Positions 47,201 through 55,986 are shown, counted from the first letter of the stretch. The stretch: 64,000 nt of DNA from an uncultured Chloroflexia bacterium (GCA_963744875.1 CAVUVQ010000050.1:77330-141329); one strand, 5' to 3'. The notes: generated by a model not told the origin, from the letters alone. Numbers and translations: made by a program.

Positions 47201-48059
47201 AGGCATCAGCATCACGAAAAAACTGCGTGACATTGATGAGAAAAGCCTTGACTAGCTCGCCTACCTCCTCAGGATGAAGCCTCAGATAATTTGCGTATTC
47301 CTGGATAGTCTTATTATGCGTCACAGTCATGCGTCGACCGACACGACGCAGAATAGTCGACGTTTTGTAGGGATGAAAATCAATACTCGCCTGTTGACTC
47401 ACCAACTCAAGAATATCGTGCAAAACATCCTCGGTTCGCTCCTCTGTCAGCGGAATATTCACGCCATTTAGCAATTCATACAGCAACGGGCCAATACGTT
47501 CAATATTCACTTCAAAATCGATGATGGTGGGAGGAAGTGCTAGCGGCATAGAGGGATAACGCGCTGTCTGAGGATCCTGCACAATAACGGTTCCACCTGC
47601 ATTTTTTACGTCGACCGCGCCCGCAGCCCCATCCGACCCGGAACCAGTCAAAATAACCGCAATCAGGTGCTCTCCATAGGATTCAGCAGCAGAGGAGAGC
47701 AGGGTATCGACAGAGGGACGGGGCCGCTTCTTGCGATCCTCCATCAAATAGACATGGTGATCCCTTATAGAAACATGACGATTTGCAGGTACGACATAAA
47801 TTCGACCCGGATACAATTTTGTATTCTCTTGCACAATCTCAACGACCAGGTTGGTACGTTTTCGCAATATAATATCAAGTGAACTGGGACGATTGGGGTC
47901 AAGATGTTGTGCCAGTACCAGGGGCGCTGGAAAGTCTTCAGGCAAGGTACTCACCAGAATGGAGAGCGCTTCAATACCTCCTGCTGAAGAGCCAACTACG
48001 ATCAGATCACTCGATTGAACAGTATCTTGCTCAATAGTATCTTGCTCAATAGTATCCAC
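44244..48059 (-). CDS. CheB methylesterase-CheR methyltransferase fusion joined to PAS, heptad coiled coil, PAS, HisKA and HATPase_c (1271 aa)
   Basis: CheB domain: VVGSSAGGIEAL...LTGSGSDGA.G...K.AGG.VIVQDP. CheR domain: FFRD...F..L...ILP......R.WTAGCATGEEPYSLAML...IFATD.D..A...AR.G.Y ... CRNVLIYF. Eleven heptads of xxEELxx follow (residues about 680-756). The kinase core has VAHELRSPLTT, LLSNADKYSP, DEGDGI and GLGLGLYI. Confidence 0.9.
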   Translation of the reverse strand: MDTIEQDTIEQDTVQSSDLIVVGSSAGGIEALSILVSTLPEDFPAPLVLAQHLDPNRPSSLDIILRKRTNLVVEIVQENTKLYPGRIYVVPANRHVSIRDHHVYLMEDRKKRPRPSVDTLLSSAAESYGEHLIAVILTGSGSDGAAGAVDVKNAGGTVIVQDPQTARYPSMPLALPPTIIDFEVNIERIGPLLYELLNGVNIPLTEERTEDVLHDILELVSQQASIDFHPYKTSTILRRVGRRMTVTHNKTIQEYANYLRLHPEEVGELVKAFLINVTQFFRDADAFAYLRSDILPALIADGRQRDHVLRFWTAGCATGEEPYSLAMLLTDLLSVELPEWSIKIFATDLDEAAITFARRGIYSENLLKGVPRDYQERFFERVDHGYRISKTLRQMVIFGRQDLSHSAPFPHIDLVLCRNVLIYFTAELQDYVLNQFAFSLNPNGFLFLGKAETVRPAQLFYMLENKLWKIYRCIGNALPSANQRSLSEKKAPSQERNVMDRSLRSSGRTHADQQEPLSLSLELGQLRRFNELLLRFLPLGVIIIDRTYHILTANNSARRLLGLRDVAIDQDFLHTVHGIPYHGTRAAIDTVFRERNSITLPEVELEVSAGGNGRFVSLSIAVMQLDASLPDLAAISISDVTDQVHIRRQLESVHSEQLQLMQELSTANKRLSDMNKELMDANEELQVANEELMLTHEELQASIEEFETTNEELQATNEELETNNEELQATNEELETTNDELRARTSELQELTTSLENEHVRLSEMVEFAPFYILVLRGPALVVEAYNPRYARLLEEASVQGHALEDVINLFWEPKAGFALMHLAREVYVKELPKTLSRIRTIIPGTQSKVSDEQKEGYFSYTLVPSHNASGRVDGVIIYASDETEQHAQELQEELAQLKTVFANTRTVALALYDGRTEALLMGSPRYLELVAQAHQAAPDSVPGHTWQEMPLLLPDEDPILTWKRVVEDRATFRIPELTLSFAGDGSATVWDYNLTAIIDTELDAVRYMLVSAVEITEQVSARKNLEQIELMRDDFLSLVAHELRSPLTTIQANTQLLQRTLIRHTTSLGQAQTREQHLDQSLTQIERILHQLSNMNSLVTDMLDVTRLQGEIFELHKQENVDLVELVRSVVDQQALQKHPVSVQIGEEAILITADKDRIEQVLNNLLSNADKYSPAGSPIEVTVERRPASNEVVVAVCDEGDGIEAEDQVHLFERFYRVHADMQGSVDGLGLGLYISHNIVKQHGGRMWLESKPGQGSTFFFALPLESQM

Positions 48060-48248
48060 AGGATTCCACTCTCTTCTCTATTCATCACGTAAAAAAGTGA
48101 GCGGGCCGCATCTTCTTCGATCCGCTCTCAACATATACCATTACTATAGACTTCTTTGATACTACTGTCAATATATTTTTGAGCCCTCGTTCCGCCTGGA
48201 GCAAACATTGAGGCCGTTGGTAGGGCGTCACCCAATAGCGTTCAATGC

Positions 48249-49301
48249 CTATGGCTCTAACGAAGCTGAATCAACATCTTTCAAAGCAGGAATTTCTTTT
48301 CGTGTGAGCACCTGGCGCAATAAAATTGCACGTTGTTCTGCCTCCTGTACCCTGACATTCAGACGCTCCGCAAGCCATCCATGCCCGTTCTGTAAGGCCT
48401 GCTTTGCCATACGACGCGAAAGGCTGGCGTTCTCGTCCAGCGTTTTTAACGCAACCCATAACGCCTGCTCAATCTTCTCGGTTTGCTCCGCAAGGGCGCT
48501 ATCAGGTGAGAATGCATGCCCCGTACGGCAACGAAAGCGCGTCAGCTCATCATCATGCAATTCCCACAATACACCACCACATTCTGGACAAGAATACGCC
48601 GATGGACTCCCTACCTGTTCATTCTCACTCAATGGATTTGTCTCCATTTCAGCAATTCTCACTTCTCGCTTCATATCCTCTGAAGCTGAGGGAATATTTT
48701 CTTGCACAATCTCCTCACGAGCCAATTGCGCCAGGGTCAACCCTATCTGGGCAAGTGGTAAACAATAATCAACATTTACATGAGCCAGTGCACTTTTCGG
48801 CATATCGGGATAGAGGGCATTTGTTGGGTCTTGCACGACCGCTACTCCACCACGCTGTTTAATAGCAAGCAACCCGGCAGTGCCATCGTCCAACGAGCCT
48901 GTCAACACTACACCAATAACCTGTGAACCATAAGCAACGGCTGCAGAACGGAAGAGAGGATCAATGGCTGGCCGATGACGGTTCTCCCTGGGGCCTCGCA
49001 CAACTCGCATAAACCCACTCTCGATGAGCAAATGATGATCTGGTGACGCAACATAAATACGTCCACGCTCGATCCGCTGATAATCTACAGGTTGCTCTAC
49101 TTTTATAAAAGTAGAGCGATTGAGAATTTCAGCCAATAGGCTGGGACTCTGCGCTGGAATATGTAATACAATGAAGACACTGGCTGAAAAGTTCACCGGG
49201 AATTCACGTACTACTTGTATGAGCGCTTCCACACCACCCGCAGAAGCCCCTACAACGATGATTTCATGTCCTGACACAAAAATCTCCCCTCCTGACATCA
49301 T
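48249..49301 (-). CDS. CheB-type protein-glutamate methylesterase domain protein with C-terminal zinc-ribbon/helical extension (no receiver domain)
   Basis: IIVVGASAGGVEAL ... HIPA.SPS.LAEIL ... VVLTGSLDDGTAGLLAIKQRGGVAVVQDP, then CPECGGVLWE...FRCRTGHAFS. It lies directly upstream of, and on the same strand as, the CheB-CheR kinase. Confidence 0.8.
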   Translation of the reverse strand: MMSGGEIFVSGHEIIVVGASAGGVEALIQVVREFPVNFSASVFIVLHIPAQSPSLLAEILNRSTFIKVEQPVDYQRIERGRIYVASPDHHLLIESGFMRVVRGPRENRHRPAIDPLFRSAAVAYGSQVIGVVLTGSLDDGTAGLLAIKQRGGVAVVQDPTNALYPDMPKSALAHVNVDYCLPLAQIGLTLAQLAREEIVQENIPSASEDMKREVRIAEMETNPLSENEQVGSPSAYSCPECGGVLWELHDDELTRFRCRTGHAFSPDSALAEQTEKIEQALWVALKTLDENASLSRRMAKQALQNGHGWLAERLNVRVQEAEQRAILLRQVLTRKEIPALKDVDSASLEP

Positions 49302-49630
49302 GAAACAGCATAATTAATTATCTTATCAGGTACACGCTTGAACCCTGCAAATCGTCGCACCACTCTCCCCATCAGACACATCTCCCACCGAAAAAGTCAT
49401 CCCTATCATGAACTCTTCCACAAACGGTTTCCTTAGAATTCCTTAGAATTTACTGTAAAAAGGAAGGTTTTATCGAAAATCCCTTGCTCATTCCACCAAT
49501 GTGCGCTACAATATACAAAATATCGTTACCTATCTCTACCATATGCCCAACCTGGAGGATTTATAGTAGTAACTAAGAGTATAACTTCAAAACAGGCGCA
49601 ATGGAAGTATTGTTCGTCAGAAAGGGCTTT

Positions 49631-51328
49631 ATGCAAACGCCAATTAGCGAATATATTCGACAGTTACGACGACAACGAGGAATGACCCAGACCGAATTGG
49701 GTGGAGAACACTTCTCAAAATCCTATGTTAGCGCCGTTGAACGTGAGAAAATCGTTCCATCTTATGCTGCTCTACGCTTCTTTGCCGAGCAACTCGATCA
49801 GTCGGCTGACTACTTTCAAGAACTTGCTGAACAACCTGTACCTCTTCCACAAAACACGACTCAGCTCGTCTCCTCCTTTGAGAATGAGGACGATGATGAG
49901 CTAGATGAGAGCATTGAACTGCTGGACATGGTCCTGGAGGGTTCAGAATTACAACATACTTCTTTCTCACAGAAGGTATCTACACTTCCTCTGGAAGCAC
50001 TGATGCGCCTTCCATTTCAGAAGCAGGCTCGCTATTGCTTGATGAAAGGATTAATCTTGCAAGAACAGGGAAATCTTGCGGATGCCCAATCTCTTCTGGA
50101 ACGCGCCCTCGTCCTTTCCCCCACAAAAAACCAATCCGCTATTCTCGATGCCCTGGGGACGAATTACTCCCTCGCCTTCAGCTATCAAACGGCATCAAGC
50201 TATCATCAACGTGCATTGCACCTCTTAGACCTCGATGAAACTGATAGGAAAACCTCTGCCCTTTTCCTAAAAATAAAGCTTCACTGTGGAGATGACCAGC
50301 GAGCACTCAATAGACACGCAGAGGCACTTGAACACTATGAGCATGCACGCCAATCTTTACGCTCAACCAGTAATATGGACATAGCAGCACAGGTCTATAT
50401 AGGGTTGGGCTACTGTACTTATGCATCAGTCTACCAGAACCCGACAGCTACAAAGGTCTCTTATGAAGAAAAGGAACGTCGGCTACAACAGGCTGCGACC
50501 TTCCTCCTCCAAAGCCGTACCCTCTACCAGATCAGTAGTAACCGCACTGGCGAAGCGAAGGCTCGCCTGCTGCACGCCAGCGTTTTGCTTAGCATCTGTT
50601 CACTACGTCGCCATGCTGCATTGGAACGTGCACAGGATGGAGAGGCTATACGATCTTTGCAATGTGCCACCCTACTCGATGAAGCAGGAGAGCAATGCCG
50701 CCAGGTACTTCTGGTCTGGAACGAGACAATGCTCATTAGCAATCAGTCCTCCTCTGACCTGGAAATTGTGTTATATACGGCTCTCTCTACCCTCGTCAGC
50801 ACCTATATACAACGTGCAGTCATAGCTCGTCTGGAAGGGTATAACGATACAGCCCTGCATGACCGCGCATATGCAGCCCATCTTTGCCAGCAGATCCTCG
50901 ATACATTAACAAAACCTGAGCTTCTACATTCACTAACACGCGATGCTCTTGCGCCGGAAATCAGGGGAATATACAGCAGTCAGGCATTACCTCGCCTGCC
51001 AGATCTGGATAAAAACGTGCCGCCCCATCATCCCATGAGCATAGCAATCATATTCTCGGCAGCAGGAGAAGTTGCTGAAGAATTAGGACGCTTCGCCACA
51101 AATTCAGTCTATGCCGCCACTTGTTATGCCCATGCCAATACATGTTTCAAAACTTCCTTACGGATAGACCGCCAATCTACGTTCTCAAAAGAACATGATG
51201 CAAGCTTTCTCATGCGTCGTTGTCAACACTACATCACACTTATCGAAGAACGTCTTCAGTCCACAACTGAAAACACAGAAGAGACCTGCAAGATGATACT
51301 TGATCTCTTCAAAGATACCGTGTATTAA
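49631..51328 (+). CDS. XRE-family helix-turn-helix regulator fused to a long TPR-like domain (paralog of 23703-25040)
   Basis: ISEYIRQLRRQRGMTQTELGGEHFSKSYVSAVEREKIVPSYAALRFFAEQL is followed by about 490 aa of helical repeats. I preferred ATG 49631 (AAAGGG upstream); the ORF track opens at 49601. Confidence 0.75.
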   Translation: MQTPISEYIRQLRRQRGMTQTELGGEHFSKSYVSAVEREKIVPSYAALRFFAEQLDQSADYFQELAEQPVPLPQNTTQLVSSFENEDDDELDESIELLDMVLEGSELQHTSFSQKVSTLPLEALMRLPFQKQARYCLMKGLILQEQGNLADAQSLLERALVLSPTKNQSAILDALGTNYSLAFSYQTASSYHQRALHLLDLDETDRKTSALFLKIKLHCGDDQRALNRHAEALEHYEHARQSLRSTSNMDIAAQVYIGLGYCTYASVYQNPTATKVSYEEKERRLQQAATFLLQSRTLYQISSNRTGEAKARLLHASVLLSICSLRRHAALERAQDGEAIRSLQCATLLDEAGEQCRQVLLVWNETMLISNQSSSDLEIVLYTALSTLVSTYIQRAVIARLEGYNDTALHDRAYAAHLCQQILDTLTKPELLHSLTRDALAPEIRGIYSSQALPRLPDLDKNVPPHHPMSIAIIFSAAGEVAEELGRFATNSVYAATCYAHANTCFKTSLRIDRQSTFSKEHDASFLMRRCQHYITLIEERLQSTTENTEETCKMILDLFKDTVY

Positions 51329-51329
51329 A

Positions 51330-51420
51330 CGGTAGGGACCCGCTTGCATCGCGTCCGCCATTCATGGAATCGTGCCCCAGGTTGATAAATCACGGACGCG
51401 ATGCAAGCAGGTCCCTACCG
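51330..51420. repeat. REP-like hairpin, family A copy 2, immediately after a stop codon and followed by T5
   Basis: CGGTAGGGACCCGCTTGCATCGCGTCCG (51330-51357) pairs with CGGACGCGATGCAAGCAGGTCCCTACCG (51393-51420) with 1 mismatch. TTTTT follows at 51421-51425. The element starts 2 nt after the TAA at 51326-51328. Confidence 0.9.
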
Positions 51421-51552
51421 TTTTTCGCGCGTTTCTCCATTTTTGACGAATTCCTCTTGCACCGATCCTTGCCTTTATAAAATGCATCTTGTATACTTAA
51501 AGCAGATTTCCATAAACTTTTTCCATATTCTCCCAGAAGGAAGGAACAGCAA

Positions 51553-51861
51553 ATGCAAATGCAAATAGAAAGATTGGCACAACAAATATTTGTTCCCACG
51601 CCACCTATTCAACGTATCACAACCAGGCAAACCATGGGAAAAGTTCAGATTGCCCCATTAAAGCAGCCGGATAGTATCTGCGGCATCGCTCAACGCGTAG
51701 GCTATACGGGAAAAGGGAACGAGGATCTTGCAACCTATCGACTCAAAATTAAAACAGAACGCTCAAAAACATTTGTAACGCTTCCTTCCGTCTTCGTCGT
51801 GGAGAATGGCATATTTGTTGATTATGATACATGGTTCTCAAATCACCCAGGTGAAAATTAA
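51553..51861 (+). CDS. Hypothetical protein (102 aa)
   Basis: The ORF has ATG starts (MQMQIERLAQQ...) after GGAAGGAA. No recognisable domain, signal peptide or TM helix. A hairpin follows it. Confidence 0.4.
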   Translation: MQMQIERLAQQIFVPTPPIQRITTRQTMGKVQIAPLKQPDSICGIAQRVGYTGKGNEDLATYRLKIKTERSKTFVTLPSVFVVENGIFVDYDTWFSNHPGEN

Positions 51862-51873
51862 AACAGACACAAA

Positions 51874-51911
51874 GAAAGCAGCCGGATCAGTGAGGTCACC
51901 CGGCTGCTTTC
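51874..51911. terminator. 12-bp perfect hairpin between convergent genes
   Basis: GAAAGCAGCCGG (51874-51885), a 14-nt loop, CCGGCTGCTTTC (51900-51911). Confidence 0.6.
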
Positions 51912-51927
51912 TCGCTGTGTACTCTAT

Positions 51928-52326
51928 CTAGACTGTCGCGCGTGTTTCGGTATACTCACGTACAAAGAAACCGACGATAATCGCAGCTAATGCGATGACC
52001 CAGTGCAACACATTATCAGCAGCATTTACATGCATCAGACCGAGCAATCTTCCATCAAAGTAGAGCGCGGGAATCAGTCCGGCAAGCGCCACTACCAGAT
52101 AGATGATCCCAAAAATCTGGTTGAAACGCCGTGACCAGCCACCATAGACAGATGCAAGAGCCACCAGCCCGGTAAGCAGATGAATAATGTTATGGACAAC
52201 ATCAACGTCAAATCCAAGCAGGTTTCCCGGCGACATACTTGACGAAACAAAGAAACCCATAATACCGACTAATGTCAAGACGATACCAAGCACTAAGGCA
52301 AGAATACGATTGGGAGTCCAGGTCAT
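51928..52326 (-). CDS. DUF4383-like small membrane protein (4 TM)
   Basis: AGGAGGG precedes ATG 52326. NRILALVLGIVLTLVGIMGFF ... VVHNIIHLLTGLVAL ... DNVLHWVIAL follows the DUF4383 pattern as I recall it. Confidence 0.6.
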   Translation of the reverse strand: MTWTPNRILALVLGIVLTLVGIMGFFVSSSMSPGNLLGFDVDVVHNIIHLLTGLVALASVYGGWSRRFNQIFGIIYLVVALAGLIPALYFDGRLLGLMHVNAADNVLHWVIALAAIIVGFFVREYTETRATV

Positions 52327-52574
52327 ATAACCCTCCTTTTTTCTAAAAAACGTCCTATTTCCAGTAGGTCTTTCCAGTGAATGACACGTCCCACATACAA
52401 AGTTGGTTACAATGAATTCCATAATATTCTCCTTTTGAGCAGGAAATAGGCATAGTTAACCCCATATATAACATCTACTACAAAATAGTTGTGCTTGCAT
52501 AAAACGAAGAGAGAGGTATATGATGAACTGGAAATCTATGGAATTCTTCTACTCAACAAAAGGAGCGTGACGCC

Positions 52575-53039
52575 ATGGCAGGTTTTCATCTAGACGATAT
52601 GATGATAGAACATAAACCTGTTTTTATTCCTTACATAATGATCATCGAAAGCGATGCTGAACTAAGCACTATGCTTCAGCAAACATTGAAACAAGAATTG
52701 AAAATCGGGACTATTTTCGCTCGAACGATGGGTGACGCGCTCAATATTACGCAAGCACTCTGTCCTGCCCTATTCCTGATCAATCAGCATTTAATTGGTG
52801 GCGATGGCTTGATGCTCTCTGACATACTTCGTCAGAATATCCTGCTCGCCTCTGTCCCTATACTACTTTTAACGACCGATCTTCCTACCACTCAGAAACC
52901 TGCCCAGGAACGTGGCATTACCTGTCTTCCTATTCCTGATGAGCTTGACGATCTTCTTTCCGTCATCAAAAATCACCTATCAGTTTCTGCTCTTCCCGAA
53001 GAAAGGCAAAAAACAAAGACTGAGTTCGCTCAGGGTTGA
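52575..53039 (+). CDS. Receiver-like (pseudo-receiver) domain protein
   Basis: It has a CheY-like beta/alpha pattern (IMIIESDAEL ... ALFLINQHLIGGDG ... PILLLTTD). The position of the phospho-acceptor Asp reads N (LFLINQ). Confidence 0.55.
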   Translation: MAGFHLDDMMIEHKPVFIPYIMIIESDAELSTMLQQTLKQELKIGTIFARTMGDALNITQALCPALFLINQHLIGGDGLMLSDILRQNILLASVPILLLTTDLPTTQKPAQERGITCLPIPDELDDLLSVIKNHLSVSALPEERQKTKTEFAQG

Positions 53040-53052
53040 TAAGGAATAAAAA

Positions 53053-53592
53053 ATGAGACAGGAAGCAAGTTACATCGCAGACGAGTTTGAAATAATTGGA
53101 CGCCAGATTATAGCTCAGTGTGAGGATTTACCAGAATATATTCTCCATTGGCCGCCTCCTTTTCCTAAAGGATGCTCATTATTCACGCTCGCCCTGGAAG
53201 CAATTACAGTCATTGAGGAATGGATTATGCTTCCTATCGGTGGCACATCATTCTCAACGCTTCCATGTTCAAAAAAATCTAGCATGGATACCTTTGCTCA
53301 TCTACAGGCAGGCTACATACAATGGATACAAGAGATCCATAGACTTCTAGATATCCTACCTAACTCCTTACTGGACTGTTACATTGAACATGGATCGCTT
53401 CCAGAGAAAAGAAGAGCAGTGGACAAAAACGATGCACTCAGTATTCGTTCCTGCCTCTTGCACGCTCTGGTCCAGCTTGGCATTATAGCTGGTGAGATGC
53501 AGCTATTACATCAACTTTTTGTAGATGGAAAAAGAACATTAGAGGAACTCACAGAGCATATTCATCTAGATGAATTCACACAACGTATATAG
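53053..53592 (+). CDS. Hypothetical protein (179 aa), possibly DinB/four-helix-bundle-like
   Basis: The ORF has an upstream AAGGA. It is helical with scattered His residues. No family was confidently recognised. Confidence 0.35.
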   Translation: MRQEASYIADEFEIIGRQIIAQCEDLPEYILHWPPPFPKGCSLFTLALEAITVIEEWIMLPIGGTSFSTLPCSKKSSMDTFAHLQAGYIQWIQEIHRLLDILPNSLLDCYIEHGSLPEKRRAVDKNDALSIRSCLLHALVQLGIIAGEMQLLHQLFVDGKRTLEELTEHIHLDEFTQRI

Positions 53593-53593
53593 G

Positions 53594-54013
53594 TCAACCC
53601 TCGGAAGGTGAGGATGGGGGTGGAAGCATCTGATATACGGCCTGTAGGATCTCATCTTTTTCCATGGGGGCAAACAGAAGAAGAATATTTTTGCGCCTGA
53701 AATATTCTTCTTTGTCAAGAAAGATATGTAATGGTGCCATACAAAGAATGAGGGGAATATGCGCTATCGCTTCCCTGAGCCTGATCATTTTAAGCAGTTG
53801 CCACTCTTCGGGCCTCCCCTCGCGCTCAAAATCGAGAATAACCAGGTCAGGTTGTAAGCGCTCAATGGTATGGATGCCTTCAAACGCATAGTTCGATAGC
53901 TCGACATCGTATCCTTGCTCGTCCAGAATATCATGAAAGAGGTTCAAAATATCAAGCGAGGCATTGATAACAAGAATAAGCGGTTCTTTTCTTTGTGTGT
54001 TCATAGGTATCAT
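53594..54013 (-). CDS. Single-domain response regulator (receiver)
   Basis: LILVINASLD ... PDLVILDFEREGR..EW.LL ... IPLILC fits the CheY-like fold with the acceptor Asp present, although the first acidic pair is degenerate (NAS). Confidence 0.65.
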   Translation of the reverse strand: MIPMNTQRKEPLILVINASLDILNLFHDILDEQGYDVELSNYAFEGIHTIERLQPDLVILDFEREGRPEEWQLLKMIRLREAIAHIPLILCMAPLHIFLDKEEYFRRKNILLLFAPMEKDEILQAVYQMLPPPSSPSEG

Positions 54014-54389
54014 CCTTTTTCAGTGTTTTCTGGTTCTTTACAAGAGAAAAGTACTGAAGATATGGTCGTTATATCTTTAGTACGTAGAAGGGAGCACGGA
54101 AGATACGGCAATGTTTTCCTACACCTCTATCTGGTTTCCGTCTTTCCTGAAGAAACATCGGTGAAGCAGGGCATCTCATACCATTTCCACTATTACCGAC
54201 AAAAAATAGGTGTATCCGGGACTGTGTTGATAGATGTACTATCTATGGATCTCATCAACGCAGTCTCTCCCCTATCACCTTTGTGAAACGTTTCCCGCTC
54301 AATCTACGTGTATGCAACAGTTTGCTCATCCTCTCGCAGACATAATGAGCATCTCTCTATTTACTCTTACGTTTAAAGAAGGATTGATC

Positions 54390-55589
54390 GTGAAGCGTAC
54401 ATATAGACACCATTGGAGATGGCTCCTGCCAATTCCGGCCTTTCTTGTGATCCTTTTCCTCTCCCACACACACGTTCAGGCCGATGGTGGGGCACCCAAC
54501 CTGGCTTATGTGGCTGGAACCGCTCATGGTATCAGCACCATCGATATTAGCCAGCAAAAGATCGTAGATACCCTTCCGGTCAATAGCAGACCAGATACGA
54601 TCCTGCTCAGCATCGATGGACGACTTCTCTTCGTCACTCAGCCAGAAGCCAACAGGCTCACTGTGATCGCACCAAAGACAAAACAGACCGTCTGCACACA
54701 ACAGATCGCTGGAAATCCATCTTTACTTACGCTTGACCCCGGAACCGACATCCTCTATGTCGCAGGAAATGGCGCAGGGACGGTAACGGGCATTGATCCA
54801 ACAACGTGCCATATTGTGCGCACACTCCACACACAAAGCGGAGTGTATGGATTGGCGGTCGCGACAATAGGAAGTGGCATCTCTGGCGGGAATGGAAATC
54901 AGATCTGGGTCGCTGGAACGCAAGGATTAACCATCTTCGATGGCAATGGCAATCAGCAGGCAACACTTCCCATACCCGGCAAGCCGCTTTACCTGTGCAT
55001 TCCTTCCGGTCAGACCGTGTACGTTGTAACACAACAGGGAAGCGTCGAGGCTGTAGATCTTGCATCACATCGCTTATTGCCGCCGTTGCTTACGGGAAGC
55101 CACTTCGGACCAATGGATTATAACGCGCTCACCGGACAGATCTATGTGCCCGACCTCGATAGACAACGCATCGACGTTCTTGCCCCTGTAAGTATTGGCA
55201 ATACGCAGCCGGTCCATCAGCCCGTACGCACAATTGCATTTGATGCGGCTCCCCAATCCATTGCGATCACCAGTGACGGACAATTCGGCTTTGTCGCATT
55301 GGAGAATGGAACGGTTGCCATGCTCGATCTTCCAGGCCGACAGATAATCAACACTTTTCACGTTGGTGGCTCACCGCGCTTCATCATCACCGGCCTCTAT
55401 CCAACTCTCTTCAGCCTCACACCGCAGCAATCATCAGTTCTGACATGGCTGGCAAATGCTTCTCACTACCTCGCTATAGGAGCCATCGCAATTGTCACTC
55501 TTATCCTCATTTTTATGCCTAAACCGCGCCGACCCGCAAAGTTGGAGCCTATGCCAGAGCAAGATAAAAAGAGCAATCGCAATGGATAA
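54390..55589 (+). CDS. YVTN/YncE-type beta-propeller repeat protein with N-terminal signal-anchor and C-terminal TM helix
   Basis: GAAGGA lies 7 nt upstream of GTG 54390; ATG 54345 is an alternative start. Repeated motifs include ...YVAG...G.S.IDI....VDTLPV, LFVTQPE.N.L.VI, LYVAGNG.GTVTGIDP, YVPD....RIDVL and GFVALENGTVAMLD. The C-terminal hydrophobic helix is followed by a basic tail. Confidence 0.7.
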   Translation: MKRTYRHHWRWLLPIPAFLVILFLSHTHVQADGGAPNLAYVAGTAHGISTIDISQQKIVDTLPVNSRPDTILLSIDGRLLFVTQPEANRLTVIAPKTKQTVCTQQIAGNPSLLTLDPGTDILYVAGNGAGTVTGIDPTTCHIVRTLHTQSGVYGLAVATIGSGISGGNGNQIWVAGTQGLTIFDGNGNQQATLPIPGKPLYLCIPSGQTVYVVTQQGSVEAVDLASHRLLPPLLTGSHFGPMDYNALTGQIYVPDLDRQRIDVLAPVSIGNTQPVHQPVRTIAFDAAPQSIAITSDGQFGFVALENGTVAMLDLPGRQIINTFHVGGSPRFIITGLYPTLFSLTPQQSSVLTWLANASHYLAIGAIAIVTLILIFMPKPRRPAKLEPMPEQDKKSNRNG

Positions 55590-55914
55590 AATAGCTGATG
55601 AGGAAAAGGTGCTCTCGATCAATCGCCTGCGTCCCCTGCTCGCAATCTGGTTCTTTGCTGGCATGCCCTTAAATATGTTGTTAAGCTGGCTCTATTTTTT
55701 CGTGGGTGGCCCCCTTCCAGGTGTACTCTTTCTGCTCTCCAGCCTGGTTTACCTGAGTGGTGGCCTATTAGGAACATTATGGAGCTTAGAAAGCTTACGA
55801 AAGCAGACATCAATACGTTGGGATAGCCTGGGAGCTTTACTGGTGCTTATCGTAAGCGTCGGATTTCTTTATCTGGGAGTTCTTTTTGCACTCAATGGGC
55901 TACGACGACTTTGA
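55582..55914 (+). CDS. Small membrane protein (110 aa, 3 TM), translationally coupled to the beta-propeller gene
   Basis: ATG 55582 overlaps the upstream TAA (55587-55589) in the sequence ATGGATAA. The protein is hydrophobic. Confidence 0.5.
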   Translation: MDKIADEEKVLSINRLRPLLAIWFFAGMPLNMLLSWLYFFVGGPLPGVLFLLSSLVYLSGGLLGTLWSLESLRKQTSIRWDSLGALLVLIVSVGFLYLGVLFALNGLRRL

Positions 55915-55986
55915 ACATTTTTTTGGTTGTCATGCAAAGAATACCCCTCCATAAATTGGCACACGCCATAATGCGTGCCAGAAATG

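Noticed and set aside
48021-48057. 15-nt tandem repeat (x2.5) at the 5' end of the CheB-CheR kinase gene, giving MDTIEQDTIEQDTVQ
   Set aside because: It is a simple in-frame duplication at the extreme N-terminus. The true start codon could even lie downstream. No functional inference is warranted.
49431-49450. Direct repeat CCTTAGAATT x2 in the divergent promoter region between the cheB-like and XRE-TPR genes
   Set aside because: It is real but only 20 nt with no further copies in the window. It is too short to interpret, although it could be an operator. It does not merit a finding.
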